Shown: positions 38,857 through 48,921 of the stretch, in pieces
How the letters are laid out: every line of letters begins with the position of its first letter
Numbering within the stretch: position 1 is the first letter of the stretch
Assembly: GCA_964457585.1 (NCBI GenBank)
Contig: CAYWFU010000007.1
Location: forward strand, 5,275 to 69,274
Direction of reading: 5' to 3'
Length of the DNA: 64,000 nt
Origin: an uncultured bacterium
GTDB taxonomy: Bacteria; JACRDZ01
Program-made: the position numbers and the translations under genes
The notes under the pieces: model-generated
What the model was told of the DNA's origin: nothing
The model's database searches: none
Seen by the model: the letters and a program-made list of their open reading frames with translations, nothing else

Positions 38857-39836
38857 ACGAAAATCAGCCGCTTGTTAGTGTTATTATGAATTGCTACAAT
38901 GGTGGCAAGTACGTTGGCAAAGCCATTGAATCTGTAATAGCGCAAAATTATAAAAATTGGGAAATAATATTCTGGGATAACGCCAGCAATGATAACAGCG
39001 CATCTATTGCGAAAAGCTACAATGATTCACGTATTCGTTATTTTAAAAGTGATACAACAACCCCGCTTGGAGAAGCCAGAAACAATGCGGTAAAACAGGT
39101 GAAAGGTGATTATATTTCGTTTCTTGATTGCGATGATATCTGGATGTATGAAAAGTTACAGCTGCAGATAGATTTTTTAATAAAAAATAAAGATATTTCT
39201 TTTTTATATTCTAACGCATGGGTAAGATTCTCTCCAGAAAAAAAACGTATTCTTTATTCTCGTTTTTCAACATTACCTGCTGGAGATATTTTTAGTCATT
39301 TGCTCATCAATAACTTTATTAATTTGCAAACAGTAATATTCAGAAAACAGTTATTAGATGGATTAGAACAATGGTTTGATCCGAAGTTTGAAATAGCTGA
39401 AGAGTATGATTTGTTTCTTAGAATGCTTTATGGTAAAAAATCCGCATATTTAAGTGAACCTCTTGTAGAATATAGAATTCATAATTCTATGAGTACTATA
39501 TCCAAATTTCATTTAATTCCAAACGAATTGGAATTGATTTTAAAAAAATTAAAGGATATCGTCCCAAATTTGCATAAAAATTATCATAAAAATTTACAAT
39601 TTTATTATGGAAGGATAGCATTAACAGCAGCAACACAATGTTTAATTGAAAAGGATAAAAAAAATGCAATTTTAAAATTGTATCCATACAGATATTTAAA
39701 TATAAAATATTTTTTATTATTTTTAATTATGCATATATCTGTTCTATTATCAATAATTATACTCAGTACAAAAAATTCAGGAGCAAGAGGCGCTTTAAGT
39801 ACAATTAAATCTGAGGTAAAGAAAAATAAAAAGTAA
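38853..39836 (+). CDS. glycosyltransferase family 2 with C-terminal TM segment
   Basis: VSVIMNCYNGGKYVGKAIESVIAQNYKNWEIIFWDNASND ... FLDCDDIW. Confidence 0.8.
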   Translation: MNENQPLVSVIMNCYNGGKYVGKAIESVIAQNYKNWEIIFWDNASNDNSASIAKSYNDSRIRYFKSDTTTPLGEARNNAVKQVKGDYISFLDCDDIWMYEKLQLQIDFLIKNKDISFLYSNAWVRFSPEKKRILYSRFSTLPAGDIFSHLLINNFINLQTVIFRKQLLDGLEQWFDPKFEIAEEYDLFLRMLYGKKSAYLSEPLVEYRIHNSMSTISKFHLIPNELELILKKLKDIVPNLHKNYHKNLQFYYGRIALTAATQCLIEKDKKNAILKLYPYRYLNIKYFLLFLIMHISVLLSIIILSTKNSGARGALSTIKSEVKKNKK

Positions 39837-39843
39837 TATAAGA

Positions 39844-40959
39844 ATGAAAAAATATAAAATATTCATTAATGGTATTGCTGCTCGACGGGGTGGCGGTGTA
39901 ACTTATCTCAATATTTTATTATTTTTTTTATTAGAACGTGAGGACGTAGATGTAACAATTTATGGCTTTTCTCGTATAAATTCCGAACTACGAAATAATA
40001 AAAAACTTAAAATTATTGATCTAACTTTTGTTCATAGAAATATTTTTTTTCGAATATTGCTTGAAAAGATATTCTTCCCTTTTGTAATTTGGCTTAAAGA
40101 ATTTGACATAGCTTTTTTCCCGAATGGAATGGTTACAGGATATGTTCCATCATCAACAAAATCTATAACAATGTTTCAAAATATGCTGCCCTTTAGTGAC
40201 AGAGACATAGCTAAATTTCCTATTGGGTATGATAAATTTCGTTATTGGTTTTTAAAACAAGCATATTTGAAAAGTTATAAAAAAGCTGATCATGTAATTT
40301 TTATATCCGAATATGCGCAGTATGTAATTACTCAATTTGTACCGGAAATTAAAATGAGATCTTCAGTCATTCCCCATGGTATTCCGGAGGTATTCCGAAA
40401 ACAGAAAAAAGTAGACACATCGTTGCCTATGTTATATGTGTCGATTTATAATGAATACAAACATCAGATCGAAATAGTAAAAGGGCTGGCTCTTTATAAA
40501 AAAAAGTATGGAACTGCACCGCGTTTACAATTAGCAGGATTTGCTAAAAAAGAATATTTAAAAAAACTTAAACAAGTAATTCATGACTTGAATCTTGATA
40601 AACATGTAGATATACTAGGCCCAATACTGTATGAGGATATTCCTGATTTATATCAAAATTCAGGGTGGGTGATATTTGGCTCAACTTGTGAGAATTGTCC
40701 GACAATTTTATTAGAGGCAATGGGAAGCGGAAGTCCGATTATTTGTTCATCATATCAACCAATGCCTGAATTTTTAAAAGATGCGGGTGTATATTTTGAT
40801 CCTGAAAAGCCCGAGTCCTTTGCCAATGCATTGGAAATTGCTATAAGTTATTCACAGAAAGAAGTTCAGGACATTGGAAATAAGACCTATAACATTGCAT
40901 TGAAGTATACATGTAAAAAAAATGTTAATGAAACATGGAAAGTTTTTTCTGGAGAATAA
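39844..40959 (+). CDS. glycosyltransferase family 4
   Basis: C-terminal FGSTCENCPTILLEAMGSGSPIICSS (GT4 E...E motif region). Confidence 0.75.
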   Translation: MKKYKIFINGIAARRGGGVTYLNILLFFLLEREDVDVTIYGFSRINSELRNNKKLKIIDLTFVHRNIFFRILLEKIFFPFVIWLKEFDIAFFPNGMVTGYVPSSTKSITMFQNMLPFSDRDIAKFPIGYDKFRYWFLKQAYLKSYKKADHVIFISEYAQYVITQFVPEIKMRSSVIPHGIPEVFRKQKKVDTSLPMLYVSIYNEYKHQIEIVKGLALYKKKYGTAPRLQLAGFAKKEYLKKLKQVIHDLNLDKHVDILGPILYEDIPDLYQNSGWVIFGSTCENCPTILLEAMGSGSPIICSSYQPMPEFLKDAGVYFDPEKPESFANALEIAISYSQKEVQDIGNKTYNIALKYTCKKNVNETWKVFSGE

Positions 40960-40987
40960 AATAAATATTTTTATATAGGAGAAAAAA

Positions 40988-42430
40988 TTGAACATATTGT
41001 TCATATATTCATTGCAAGATGCGAGATCTTCTCAAAAACCTTTACAGAATCAAGGGCAGATGCAGTTTGGTATATCATATATATCAGCTTTTTTAAAAAA
41101 ACATCGACATAATACAAAATTACTTGTTTTAAACAGAGAAGCAAAAAAAGAAAAAATAGCAGCGGTAATTAGAGAATTTAAACCGAGGTTGATATGCTTT
41201 TCTACGGTAACAATTGAGTTTGAATTTATAACTCAAATTGCTAAAGATATTAAGAAAAATTTTCCTGATATTTTTTTGCTGATTGGAGGAGTTCATGTTT
41301 CTTTAAATCCTTCGGAAAAGATGCTTGAAGTTTTTGATGCATTATGTATCGGAGAAGGAGAGTATCCAACTTTTGAATTAATCGAACAATTAGAAAAAGG
41401 GTTTTTCCCTTCAAAAATTTTAAATCTTTGGATAAAAAATAAATCAGAAATAGAAAAAAATAAAACACGACCTTTTTACCAAAATTTGGATGAATTGCCT
41501 TTTCCTGATAGAGATATATGGATGGATTGGATACAAGAACCAACAACAGGGTATACTATTCTTCTTGGACGAGGGTGCCCTTTTATTTGTGCTTATTGTT
41601 CAAATCATGCTATAAGAAGATTAAGTGACGGAAAATATGTTAGACAGAGATCGTCTGAAAATATTATCGGTGAATTGAAAGAACTAACAGATAAGATTCC
41701 TTCCATAAAAAATATTTATCTTGAAGTTGAAACTTTTGGCGCAAATAAAAAGTGGGCTATTGATTTATGTGAAAAATTAAGAGATTTTAATAAAAACAAC
41801 AAAAAAGAAATTTTTTTTGGAACGAATTTACGAGTGACACCTAATAAAGATTATGATCAACTTTTTGCAGAGTTGAAAAAAAGCAATTTTACTTTTATTA
41901 ATATTGGGCTAGAATCCGGTAGTGAAAGAGTTCGGCGAGAAGTGCTGAAAAGAAATTATTCAAATGAAGATATTATTAAAGCTGTTTCATCCGGTAGAAA
42001 ACATGGATTGAAAATCAAATTTTTTAATTTAATTGGTATTCCTGGTGAAACTTATAATGATTTTATGGAAACCGTGAAAATGAATAGAATTTGTTTGCCT
42101 GACACGAATTATTTATCTATATTTTTCCCATATCCGGGAACCTCATTACATAAGTTATGTATAGAGCAAGGACTAATAACAAATAAACTTGATACTCAAA
42201 TGGAAAGAAGAAGGTCAACATTAAATTTACCTGACTTTAGTAAAAAACAGATTCAAACGTGTTTTGTATGGTTTGAATACTATGCGTTTAAAGGATGTAA
42301 GCCGATATATAAAATATTATCCAAAGTTATGGTGAATAAAATTCATTCTAATTATTATTTGAATTTATGTTATAGAAGGTTAACATCGTTAACTTTTTTT
42401 AAAATTTTGAAAAAAAGTTTACAATCATAA
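40988..42430 (+). CDS. B12-binding-domain radical SAM enzyme, paralogue 3
   Basis: LLIGGVHVS, GEGE B12-domain features; GRGCPFICAYCSNHA cluster motif; TTG start with AGGAG 8 nt upstream. Confidence 0.8.
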   Translation: MNILFIYSLQDARSSQKPLQNQGQMQFGISYISAFLKKHRHNTKLLVLNREAKKEKIAAVIREFKPRLICFSTVTIEFEFITQIAKDIKKNFPDIFLLIGGVHVSLNPSEKMLEVFDALCIGEGEYPTFELIEQLEKGFFPSKILNLWIKNKSEIEKNKTRPFYQNLDELPFPDRDIWMDWIQEPTTGYTILLGRGCPFICAYCSNHAIRRLSDGKYVRQRSSENIIGELKELTDKIPSIKNIYLEVETFGANKKWAIDLCEKLRDFNKNNKKEIFFGTNLRVTPNKDYDQLFAELKKSNFTFINIGLESGSERVRREVLKRNYSNEDIIKAVSSGRKHGLKIKFFNLIGIPGETYNDFMETVKMNRICLPDTNYLSIFFPYPGTSLHKLCIEQGLITNKLDTQMERRRSTLNLPDFSKKQIQTCFVWFEYYAFKGCKPIYKILSKVMVNKIHSNYYLNLCYRRLTSLTFFKILKKSLQS

Positions 42431-42475
42431 AATATTAAACAAATTTGAGTTTTAAAAATTTAAGAAAGAATAACA

Positions 42476-44200
42476 ATGAAATCTTTTTTTAAAAAATTTA
42501 TATTCATTTTGGGTGATGAAAAATCCAAACTAAAATATCTAACAGCGCTTTTTTTGTTATCATCATTATTAGATGTTCTTGGTATAGCATTAATAGGTCC
42601 ATTTTTTAATAAGCTCAATAATAGCAATACAGGAATTACATTAAATATAGCATCTAATTCTACAAAAGAATTTATTGCATGTATGATTATTTTTGTGTTT
42701 GTTTTTAAAGGAATAGTTGCATATTTTGTTAATAAAAAAATACTTTATTATTCATATAATCAACAAGGTATTTTAATTAAAAAAATAATGAAGTCATACC
42801 AGAAATGCCCATTAGAAAAAATAATATCAATAAATACAGCAGAGGTTATTAACATAATAAATAATTTTACAAATACTTTTGCCAGCAGTGTTTTAATGAA
42901 TATATTGTCTTTGGCTGCAAATTTATTAATAGTTATCGCAATCATTTTATTTTTGGCAATACAAAATATTATGATTATTTCTATTTTGGTTGCTTTAATG
43001 GTTATTTCTACTCTATTTTATGATTTCTTTTTTAAGAAGAGCTTAAAAAAGACAGGTGTTATAGCCGCACAAGCTCAGGAAAATATTATAAAGTGGGTTA
43101 ATCAATCATTAGGAGGATTTAAAGAAATAAATCTTTTAAATGTAGATAAATTTTTTTATGAAAAAGTATCAAAACAAACTGATGATTATGCTGAGTCGAA
43201 TTCCATTGCCAATGCATTACAGCTTATTCCGCGTTATGTAATTGAAGATACAGTAATTATATTTGTAGTATCAATTTTAATAATTCAATATAGAACCTCA
43301 GGAAATATTAATGAGATAATGGCTTTATTAAGTATGTATGCAGTTAGCGCAATTAGACTAATGCCTGCTGTAAATGAATCTATAAGATCAATTAGTAAAA
43401 TGCGATTTTCATTACCTGTTATTGATAAATTATATGATGTTTTACAAAATTTAGAATTTGAAGAATCTTTTCAATCTAATAAAGATAGTTCATTATTTAA
43501 AAATTTTAATGAAGTTAAATTACTTGATGTCTCATATAAATATCCCGAGACCAAGAATTACGCATTAGATAATGTCAGTATTGCTATACAAAAAGGCCAA
43601 TCAATAGGTATAATAGGAAAATCAGGATCAGGAAAAACAACACTGGTAAATATTATTCTCGGATTACTTGCTATTCAAAAAGGCTCTCTTGTTGTAGATG
43701 AAATTGTTATAAATGATAAAAAAAAAATGTATGACTGGAGAAAACATTTGGCTTATATTCCTCAGGATATATTTTTGCTTGATGATTCAATTGCGCGAAA
43801 TATAGCCTTTGGTATTAATGATTCTGATTATTCCGAATCGCAGATATTGCATGCGCTTAAAGTTGCTCATTTATATGATTTTGTAAATACTTTACCGAAT
43901 AAATTGGATACAATGGTTGGAGAACGCGGTGTGAAATTATCCGGTGGACAAAGACAAAGAATAGCAATAGCCAGAGCAATTTATCATGATAGAAATATAA
44001 TTGTGATGGACGAGGCTACGTCTGCGCTCGATAACGAAACGGAAAAAACAATAGTTGATGCAATAGAAGGATTAAAAGGTGATAGAACGCTAATCGTTAT
44101 CGCTCATAGACATACAACGCTAAAAAATTGTGATTATATATATAAAATGGAGGATGGGTCAATTGTTGCTCATGGCAAATACGACTCAATTTGTAAATGA
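42476..44200 (+). CDS. ABC exporter, fused permease + ATPase (MsbA-like)
   Basis: Six N-terminal TM helices; Walker A GKSGSGKTT, signature LSGGQRQRIAIARA, Walker B IIVMDEATSALD. Confidence 0.85.
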   Translation: MKSFFKKFIFILGDEKSKLKYLTALFLLSSLLDVLGIALIGPFFNKLNNSNTGITLNIASNSTKEFIACMIIFVFVFKGIVAYFVNKKILYYSYNQQGILIKKIMKSYQKCPLEKIISINTAEVINIINNFTNTFASSVLMNILSLAANLLIVIAIILFLAIQNIMIISILVALMVISTLFYDFFFKKSLKKTGVIAAQAQENIIKWVNQSLGGFKEINLLNVDKFFYEKVSKQTDDYAESNSIANALQLIPRYVIEDTVIIFVVSILIIQYRTSGNINEIMALLSMYAVSAIRLMPAVNESIRSISKMRFSLPVIDKLYDVLQNLEFEESFQSNKDSSLFKNFNEVKLLDVSYKYPETKNYALDNVSIAIQKGQSIGIIGKSGSGKTTLVNIILGLLAIQKGSLVVDEIVINDKKKMYDWRKHLAYIPQDIFLLDDSIARNIAFGINDSDYSESQILHALKVAHLYDFVNTLPNKLDTMVGERGVKLSGGQRQRIAIARAIYHDRNIIVMDEATSALDNETEKTIVDAIEGLKGDRTLIVIAHRHTTLKNCDYIYKMEDGSIVAHGKYDSICK

Positions 44201-46329
44201 AACAATTAATTCAATCTTATAAAACTGGGGAACTTGGATTATTTGAAATTCCAGAACCTATATGCGGCAAAAATGGAATATTGATAAATACCACTGCTTC
44301 TCTTGTTTCTGCTGGTACAGAAAAAATGATAGTGGATATTGCAAAAAAATCTCTTCTTGGAAAAGCTAAGGCACGTCCTGACCTTGTTAAACAAGTAATT
44401 GAAAAAATGAAACAAGAAGGGATAATGAACACCCTTGAAAAAGTATTTAACAAACTTGACACTCCGATCCCTCTTGGGTATTCTTGTGCTGGCAATGTGA
44501 TGGAAATTGGCAAAAATATATCCGGTATTTCAATTGGTGACAGAGTAGCTTGCGGCGGAGCAGGTTATGCAAATCATAGCGAGGTAAATTATATACCGAA
44601 GAATTTATTTGTAAAAGTACCTGATAATGTTGATGATATTGGAGCCTCTTTTGTTACTGTGGGAGCAATTGCCCTGCAAGGTGTTAGACAGGCTTGTCCA
44701 GCTATTGGTGAGATTATTGCAGTAATAGGGCTTGGTCTTATTGGACAATTAACCATTCAGATTCTTAAAGCTAATGGTTGCAAGGTACTTGGAATTGACA
44801 TTGATGACAATAAATTGAAACTTGCCAAAGAACTTGGGGCTGATGTGGTTTGCAAATCAGAAGAGATTATTTCTACTGCCTTGCAATTCAGTAATGGTTA
44901 TGGTGTAGATATCAGTATTATTACTGCTTCTACTACTAGCAATCAACCTATTATAGATGCTGGTGAAATTACAAGGATTAAAGGAAAAGTTGTTGTAGTA
45001 GGAATGGTTGGTATGGATATACCACGAAATATTTATTATAAAAAAGAACTTGATGTCCGACTTTCTATGGCTTACGGACCGGGACGATATGATACTAATT
45101 ATGAACAAAAAGGGATAGATTACCCGTATGGTTATGTTAGGTGGACAGAGCAACGAAATTTTATAGCTTTTCTTGATTTGATATCATCAAAAAGTATCAA
45201 TATTAAGTCTTTAATAACTCACAGATTTAAATTTTATGATGCAATGAATGCATATCAACTAATTCAAGATAATCTCGAACCATATCTTACAATAGTTTTT
45301 GAGTATCCTCACTCTGTAAACCAGGATGGACGATTAAAAGGACGTACAGTTATTCTCAATTCAAAAATATTTTCATACAGTCGACAAGATGTTGTAGTTG
45401 GTTTTATAGGTGCCGGCAATTATGCAAGTCTAATTCTTCTGCCAGCTATAAAAAAAGCAGGGGTCAAGCTTAAGACTATTGCATCGTTAACAGGTATTTC
45501 TGGAACAAAGCTTGGTCAAAAATTTGGTTTTGAAAAAAGCACTACAAGCATAAATGAAATTATTGATAATCCTGAGATTAATACTGTTATTATAGCAACG
45601 CGTCACGATTCGCATGCAGACCTGGTTCTATCAGCATTAGGTGCGGGGAAACATGTTTTTGTAGAGAAGCCTTTATGTATAAGCATAGATGAACTCGACA
45701 AGATTGAAGCTGCTTACTCAAAAATCAGAAATCAAAATTTAAAACCACCGTTATTGATGGTTGGATTCAATCGACGTTTTTCTTTGCTAATTCAAAAAAT
45801 GAAAACTTTACTGGATGGAATGAAAGAACCGAAAAGTATGGTTATGATGGTGAATGCAGGTAAAATACCTTTTGAGCATTGGACTCAAGATCCAAAGGTC
45901 GGAGGTGGTAGGATAATTGGCGAAGCATGTCATTTCATTGATCTTTTGATGTATTTAACCATGAGTAAGGTACATAAGGTCTCGATTGATAAGATTAAGG
46001 GTGTCTCCGATACCGTCAGTATACAGATGTCCTTTGTAGACGGATCAATTGCTACAATTCATTATTTTGCTAACGGTTGTAAGGATTTCCCAAAAGAACG
46101 GCTTGAAATCTTTTGTGGTGAAAAAATTTTACAACTCGACAATTTTAGAACATTGCGGGGATGGGGCTGGAAAAATTTTACTCGTAATAAGTTGTGGTCT
46201 CAAGACAAGGGGCAAGTTAACAGCGTTAAAGCTTTTTTTGAAGCTATACATGCAGGTGGCGAACCACCTATACCGATTGAAGAAATATTTGATGTAACGC
46301 GGATTACTTTGGATTTATCGCAACAATAA
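44197..46329 (+). CDS. bi-domain oxidoreductase: N-terminal MDR zinc-type alcohol dehydrogenase fused to C-terminal Gfo/Idh/MocA oxidoreductase
   Basis: N-terminal half: GLGLIGQLTIQILKANGCKV Rossmann of MDR. C-terminal half: VVVGFIGAGNYASLILLPAI, then EKPLCIS (GFO/IDH/MocA EKP motif). Confidence 0.75.
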   Translation: MKQLIQSYKTGELGLFEIPEPICGKNGILINTTASLVSAGTEKMIVDIAKKSLLGKAKARPDLVKQVIEKMKQEGIMNTLEKVFNKLDTPIPLGYSCAGNVMEIGKNISGISIGDRVACGGAGYANHSEVNYIPKNLFVKVPDNVDDIGASFVTVGAIALQGVRQACPAIGEIIAVIGLGLIGQLTIQILKANGCKVLGIDIDDNKLKLAKELGADVVCKSEEIISTALQFSNGYGVDISIITASTTSNQPIIDAGEITRIKGKVVVVGMVGMDIPRNIYYKKELDVRLSMAYGPGRYDTNYEQKGIDYPYGYVRWTEQRNFIAFLDLISSKSINIKSLITHRFKFYDAMNAYQLIQDNLEPYLTIVFEYPHSVNQDGRLKGRTVILNSKIFSYSRQDVVVGFIGAGNYASLILLPAIKKAGVKLKTIASLTGISGTKLGQKFGFEKSTTSINEIIDNPEINTVIIATRHDSHADLVLSALGAGKHVFVEKPLCISIDELDKIEAAYSKIRNQNLKPPLLMVGFNRRFSLLIQKMKTLLDGMKEPKSMVMMVNAGKIPFEHWTQDPKVGGGRIIGEACHFIDLLMYLTMSKVHKVSIDKIKGVSDTVSIQMSFVDGSIATIHYFANGCKDFPKERLEIFCGEKILQLDNFRTLRGWGWKNFTRNKLWSQDKGQVNSVKAFFEAIHAGGEPPIPIEEIFDVTRITLDLSQQ

Positions 46330-46343
46330 GGAGATGGTATGAT

Positions 46344-46424
46344 AGTGTCAGAGAGTCAAAGTGTCAGAATAAAATCTCAAAATTCCTTTGCTCTGACTCT
46401 CTGACACTTTGACTCTCTGACACT
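46344..46424. repeat. perfect 25-bp inverted repeat (agtgtcagagagtcaaagtgtcaga / tctgacactttgactctctgacact) with 31-bp spacer
   Basis: Read directly; arms at 46344-46368 and 46400-46424. An SD-led 21-codon ORF (46339-46404) runs across it. The motif ctctgacac recurs at 55921-55942. Confidence 0.7.
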
Positions 46425-46442
46425 TATCCCTAAGGAGAATAT

Positions 46443-47414
46443 TTGAAAAAAATAGATTATATAGAACGTATTTTTTCTGCTTATATTTTGAGAAAAAATA
46501 GTCAACTAACTTTTTGGCATGAAAATCCGGAGATCAATACTGACGCAGATACACAAGGGATAGGGCAGTATTATATGACTTTTGCCAAAAAAGCATGTTA
46601 TCCGGGTCCGTTTGATTCCATGGGTGTGCCGATGCTTAATTATCATGGGAAAGTGGGTAAACAGTATAACCCTATTGCTATAGCGCATTTTGCACTGGCT
46701 AACTATAATTTAGCAAAGAAAACAAATGACAAATTATATTATGATCGTTTTTATAAAAATGCTCAATGGTTACTGGATAATCTTGCAATAAATTCAAAGG
46801 GATGTTATGTTTGGTACCATCATTTTGATTTCGAGTATTTTCGTCCATTACTAGCTCCATGGTTTTCAGGGCTAGCTCAAGGGCAGGGATTATCAGTACT
46901 TGTCAGGACTTATGTCGAAACTAAGGATAATAGATATATCCATGCAGCGGATGAGGTTTTTAGGTCGCTTGATATAGTTATTGATGATGGTGGTGTGCTA
47001 TTTAAGGATGATCAAAAACGCTTATGGATTGAAGAGTATATCGTAACCCCACCGACTCACATATTAAATGGATTTATATGGGCATTATGGGGTATTTATG
47101 ACTATTACTTGCTTACCAGATCTAATAAAGCTCTTCTTCTTTACGAATCATGTGTTGAGACATTGTCAGAAAATCTTTATCGTTTTGATGCTGGTTTTTG
47201 GTCGTACTATGAGCTAACACCACAGAGAATCAAATCGCTTGCAAGTCCGTACTATCATAGTCTTCATATAGTTCAACTGAGAATTATGCATAAGTTGACA
47301 AAGAAAAAGATTTTTTCCGAATATGCAGATAAATGGGAAAAATACAGTCAATTTTTCATTTTTAAAGCTTTGGCAATATTATATAAAATTTGTTTTAAAT
47401 TTATTTATTATTAA
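46443..47414 (+). CDS. hypothetical protein (possibly D-glucuronyl C5-epimerase C-terminal-like alpha-toroid)
   Basis: TTG start with AAGGAG 5 nt upstream; Trp/Tyr-rich repeats. Family assignment is only a weak impression. Confidence 0.3.
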   Translation: MKKIDYIERIFSAYILRKNSQLTFWHENPEINTDADTQGIGQYYMTFAKKACYPGPFDSMGVPMLNYHGKVGKQYNPIAIAHFALANYNLAKKTNDKLYYDRFYKNAQWLLDNLAINSKGCYVWYHHFDFEYFRPLLAPWFSGLAQGQGLSVLVRTYVETKDNRYIHAADEVFRSLDIVIDDGGVLFKDDQKRLWIEEYIVTPPTHILNGFIWALWGIYDYYLLTRSNKALLLYESCVETLSENLYRFDAGFWSYYELTPQRIKSLASPYYHSLHIVQLRIMHKLTKKKIFSEYADKWEKYSQFFIFKALAILYKICFKFIYY

Positions 47415-47427
47415 ATGAGGTTATAAA

Positions 47428-48921
47428 ATGAGAATTTTACTGATAGATCCTCCTACTAATTGTTTTACCGGGCTTATGAAAAGGGGCTATCCAATTGGAT
47501 TATGCATGCTTGCTGCTGTAGCTAAAAATGAAGGAATCCAGGATGTAAGTGTTTATGATGTAGATAAGTCTTTGCCTCCTACATATGGTCTGAATTTCAG
47601 CAATCAAAAACAAAATATGGCTCGTTTTCTCGATGGAGTAAATAATCTTGATCATCCTGTTTGGAAAAGCATAAGCCAAACACTTGATTCCTTTAAACCG
47701 GATATTGTTGGTATAACCACAATGACGATACAGTATGCTGCGGCAATGCGTGTTGCTCAAACAGTTAAATCATGGGACAAAAAGTGTCCTGTTATTGTGG
47801 GAGGCGCTCATACCAGCGTAATGCCCATCAGTACAATTGAATGGCCTTATATTGATATGATAGTCAAAGGAGAGGGAGAGGAAGCTTTTAGGCAAATTAT
47901 TCAAAGATTAAAAGATGGGCAGACAGATATGTCTGATATACATGGAGTTATAACCAAAAGTAATGCTTCTATGACAAATATACCGCCAATTGAAATTTCT
48001 GATTTAGATATTCTTCCTATCCCGGCAAGAGAAATGCTTATGCATAAAGAGCGCTATACTCCTGAAGATTTGGCATTGATTTTGACTTCACGCGGTTGCC
48101 CTTATCATTGCAGTTATTGCAGTAATTTTTCAAGAAAAACGCGTTTTAGATCAATCGAAAATGTAATTAATGAAATTGAGATTGTTAAGAATAAATATAA
48201 CGCTTCGCAATTTATGTTTAAGGATGATTCTTTTTCTTTAAGACGTAACCGAGTTGAAGAATTTTGTCGAAAACTTCATGAAAAGAAATTGGATATAAAT
48301 TGGGAGTGTACAACGCGTCTTGACTTGTTAGATGATAGTCTTGTTAAAATGATGATGTCCGCAGGGTGTAATCGTATAGGTGTAGGTGTTGAATCCGGCG
48401 ATGAACAAATGCTTCAAATCTATAGTAAGAGACTTACAAAGGATCAGATACGAAAAGGAGCAAAAATATTAAATGCCAATAAAATGTTTTGGACTGCTTA
48501 TTTTATGATGGGATTGCCAATGGAAAGTGAACAGCAGATTTATAGTACCATTGGTTTTATGAAAGAAATAAAACCTTCATATGCAGCAATAGGTATTTAT
48601 AAACCTTATCCTGGCACAAAACTTTTTGATATGGCTGCTGATCTGGGATTGGTAGATGCTAATGTGCCGAATGAACACTTTTTAAATACAAATCCAGTGG
48701 ACTATTTTTTCAAAGATGCAGGTAAAAGATGCGCTTATATCTCTCTAGACAAACTGACAGAATTAACCTGTTTTATGGAACAAGAATTTGAAAAGTATAA
48801 TAAAAAATTTTCAAAAATATTTAAACGAGCAATTTCAAGATATAAATTGTATTTATCTGACTATAAGAGCTTTACTACGGATATAAAAAGGATTATTAGA
48901 TGGTATATTCCTAAAACATAG
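47428..48921 (+). CDS. B12-binding-domain radical SAM enzyme, paralogue 4
   Basis: MRILLIDPP... (same N-terminus style as paralogue 1), VIVGGAHTS, GEGEE; SRGCPYHCSYCSN cluster motif. Confidence 0.8.
   Translation: MRILLIDPPTNCFTGLMKRGYPIGLCMLAAVAKNEGIQDVSVYDVDKSLPPTYGLNFSNQKQNMARFLDGVNNLDHPVWKSISQTLDSFKPDIVGITTMTIQYAAAMRVAQTVKSWDKKCPVIVGGAHTSVMPISTIEWPYIDMIVKGEGEEAFRQIIQRLKDGQTDMSDIHGVITKSNASMTNIPPIEISDLDILPIPAREMLMHKERYTPEDLALILTSRGCPYHCSYCSNFSRKTRFRSIENVINEIEIVKNKYNASQFMFKDDSFSLRRNRVEEFCRKLHEKKLDINWECTTRLDLLDDSLVKMMMSAGCNRIGVGVESGDEQMLQIYSKRLTKDQIRKGAKILNANKMFWTAYFMMGLPMESEQQIYSTIGFMKEIKPSYAAIGIYKPYPGTKLFDMAADLGLVDANVPNEHFLNTNPVDYFFKDAGKRCAYISLDKLTELTCFMEQEFEKYNKKFSKIFKRAISRYKLYLSDYKSFTTDIKRIIRWYIPKT

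Noticed and set aside
46049-46297. 82-aa + strand ORF MLQFIILLTVV...
   Set aside because: Alternate frame inside the C-terminal Gfo/Idh/MocA domain of the 44197-46329 gene.
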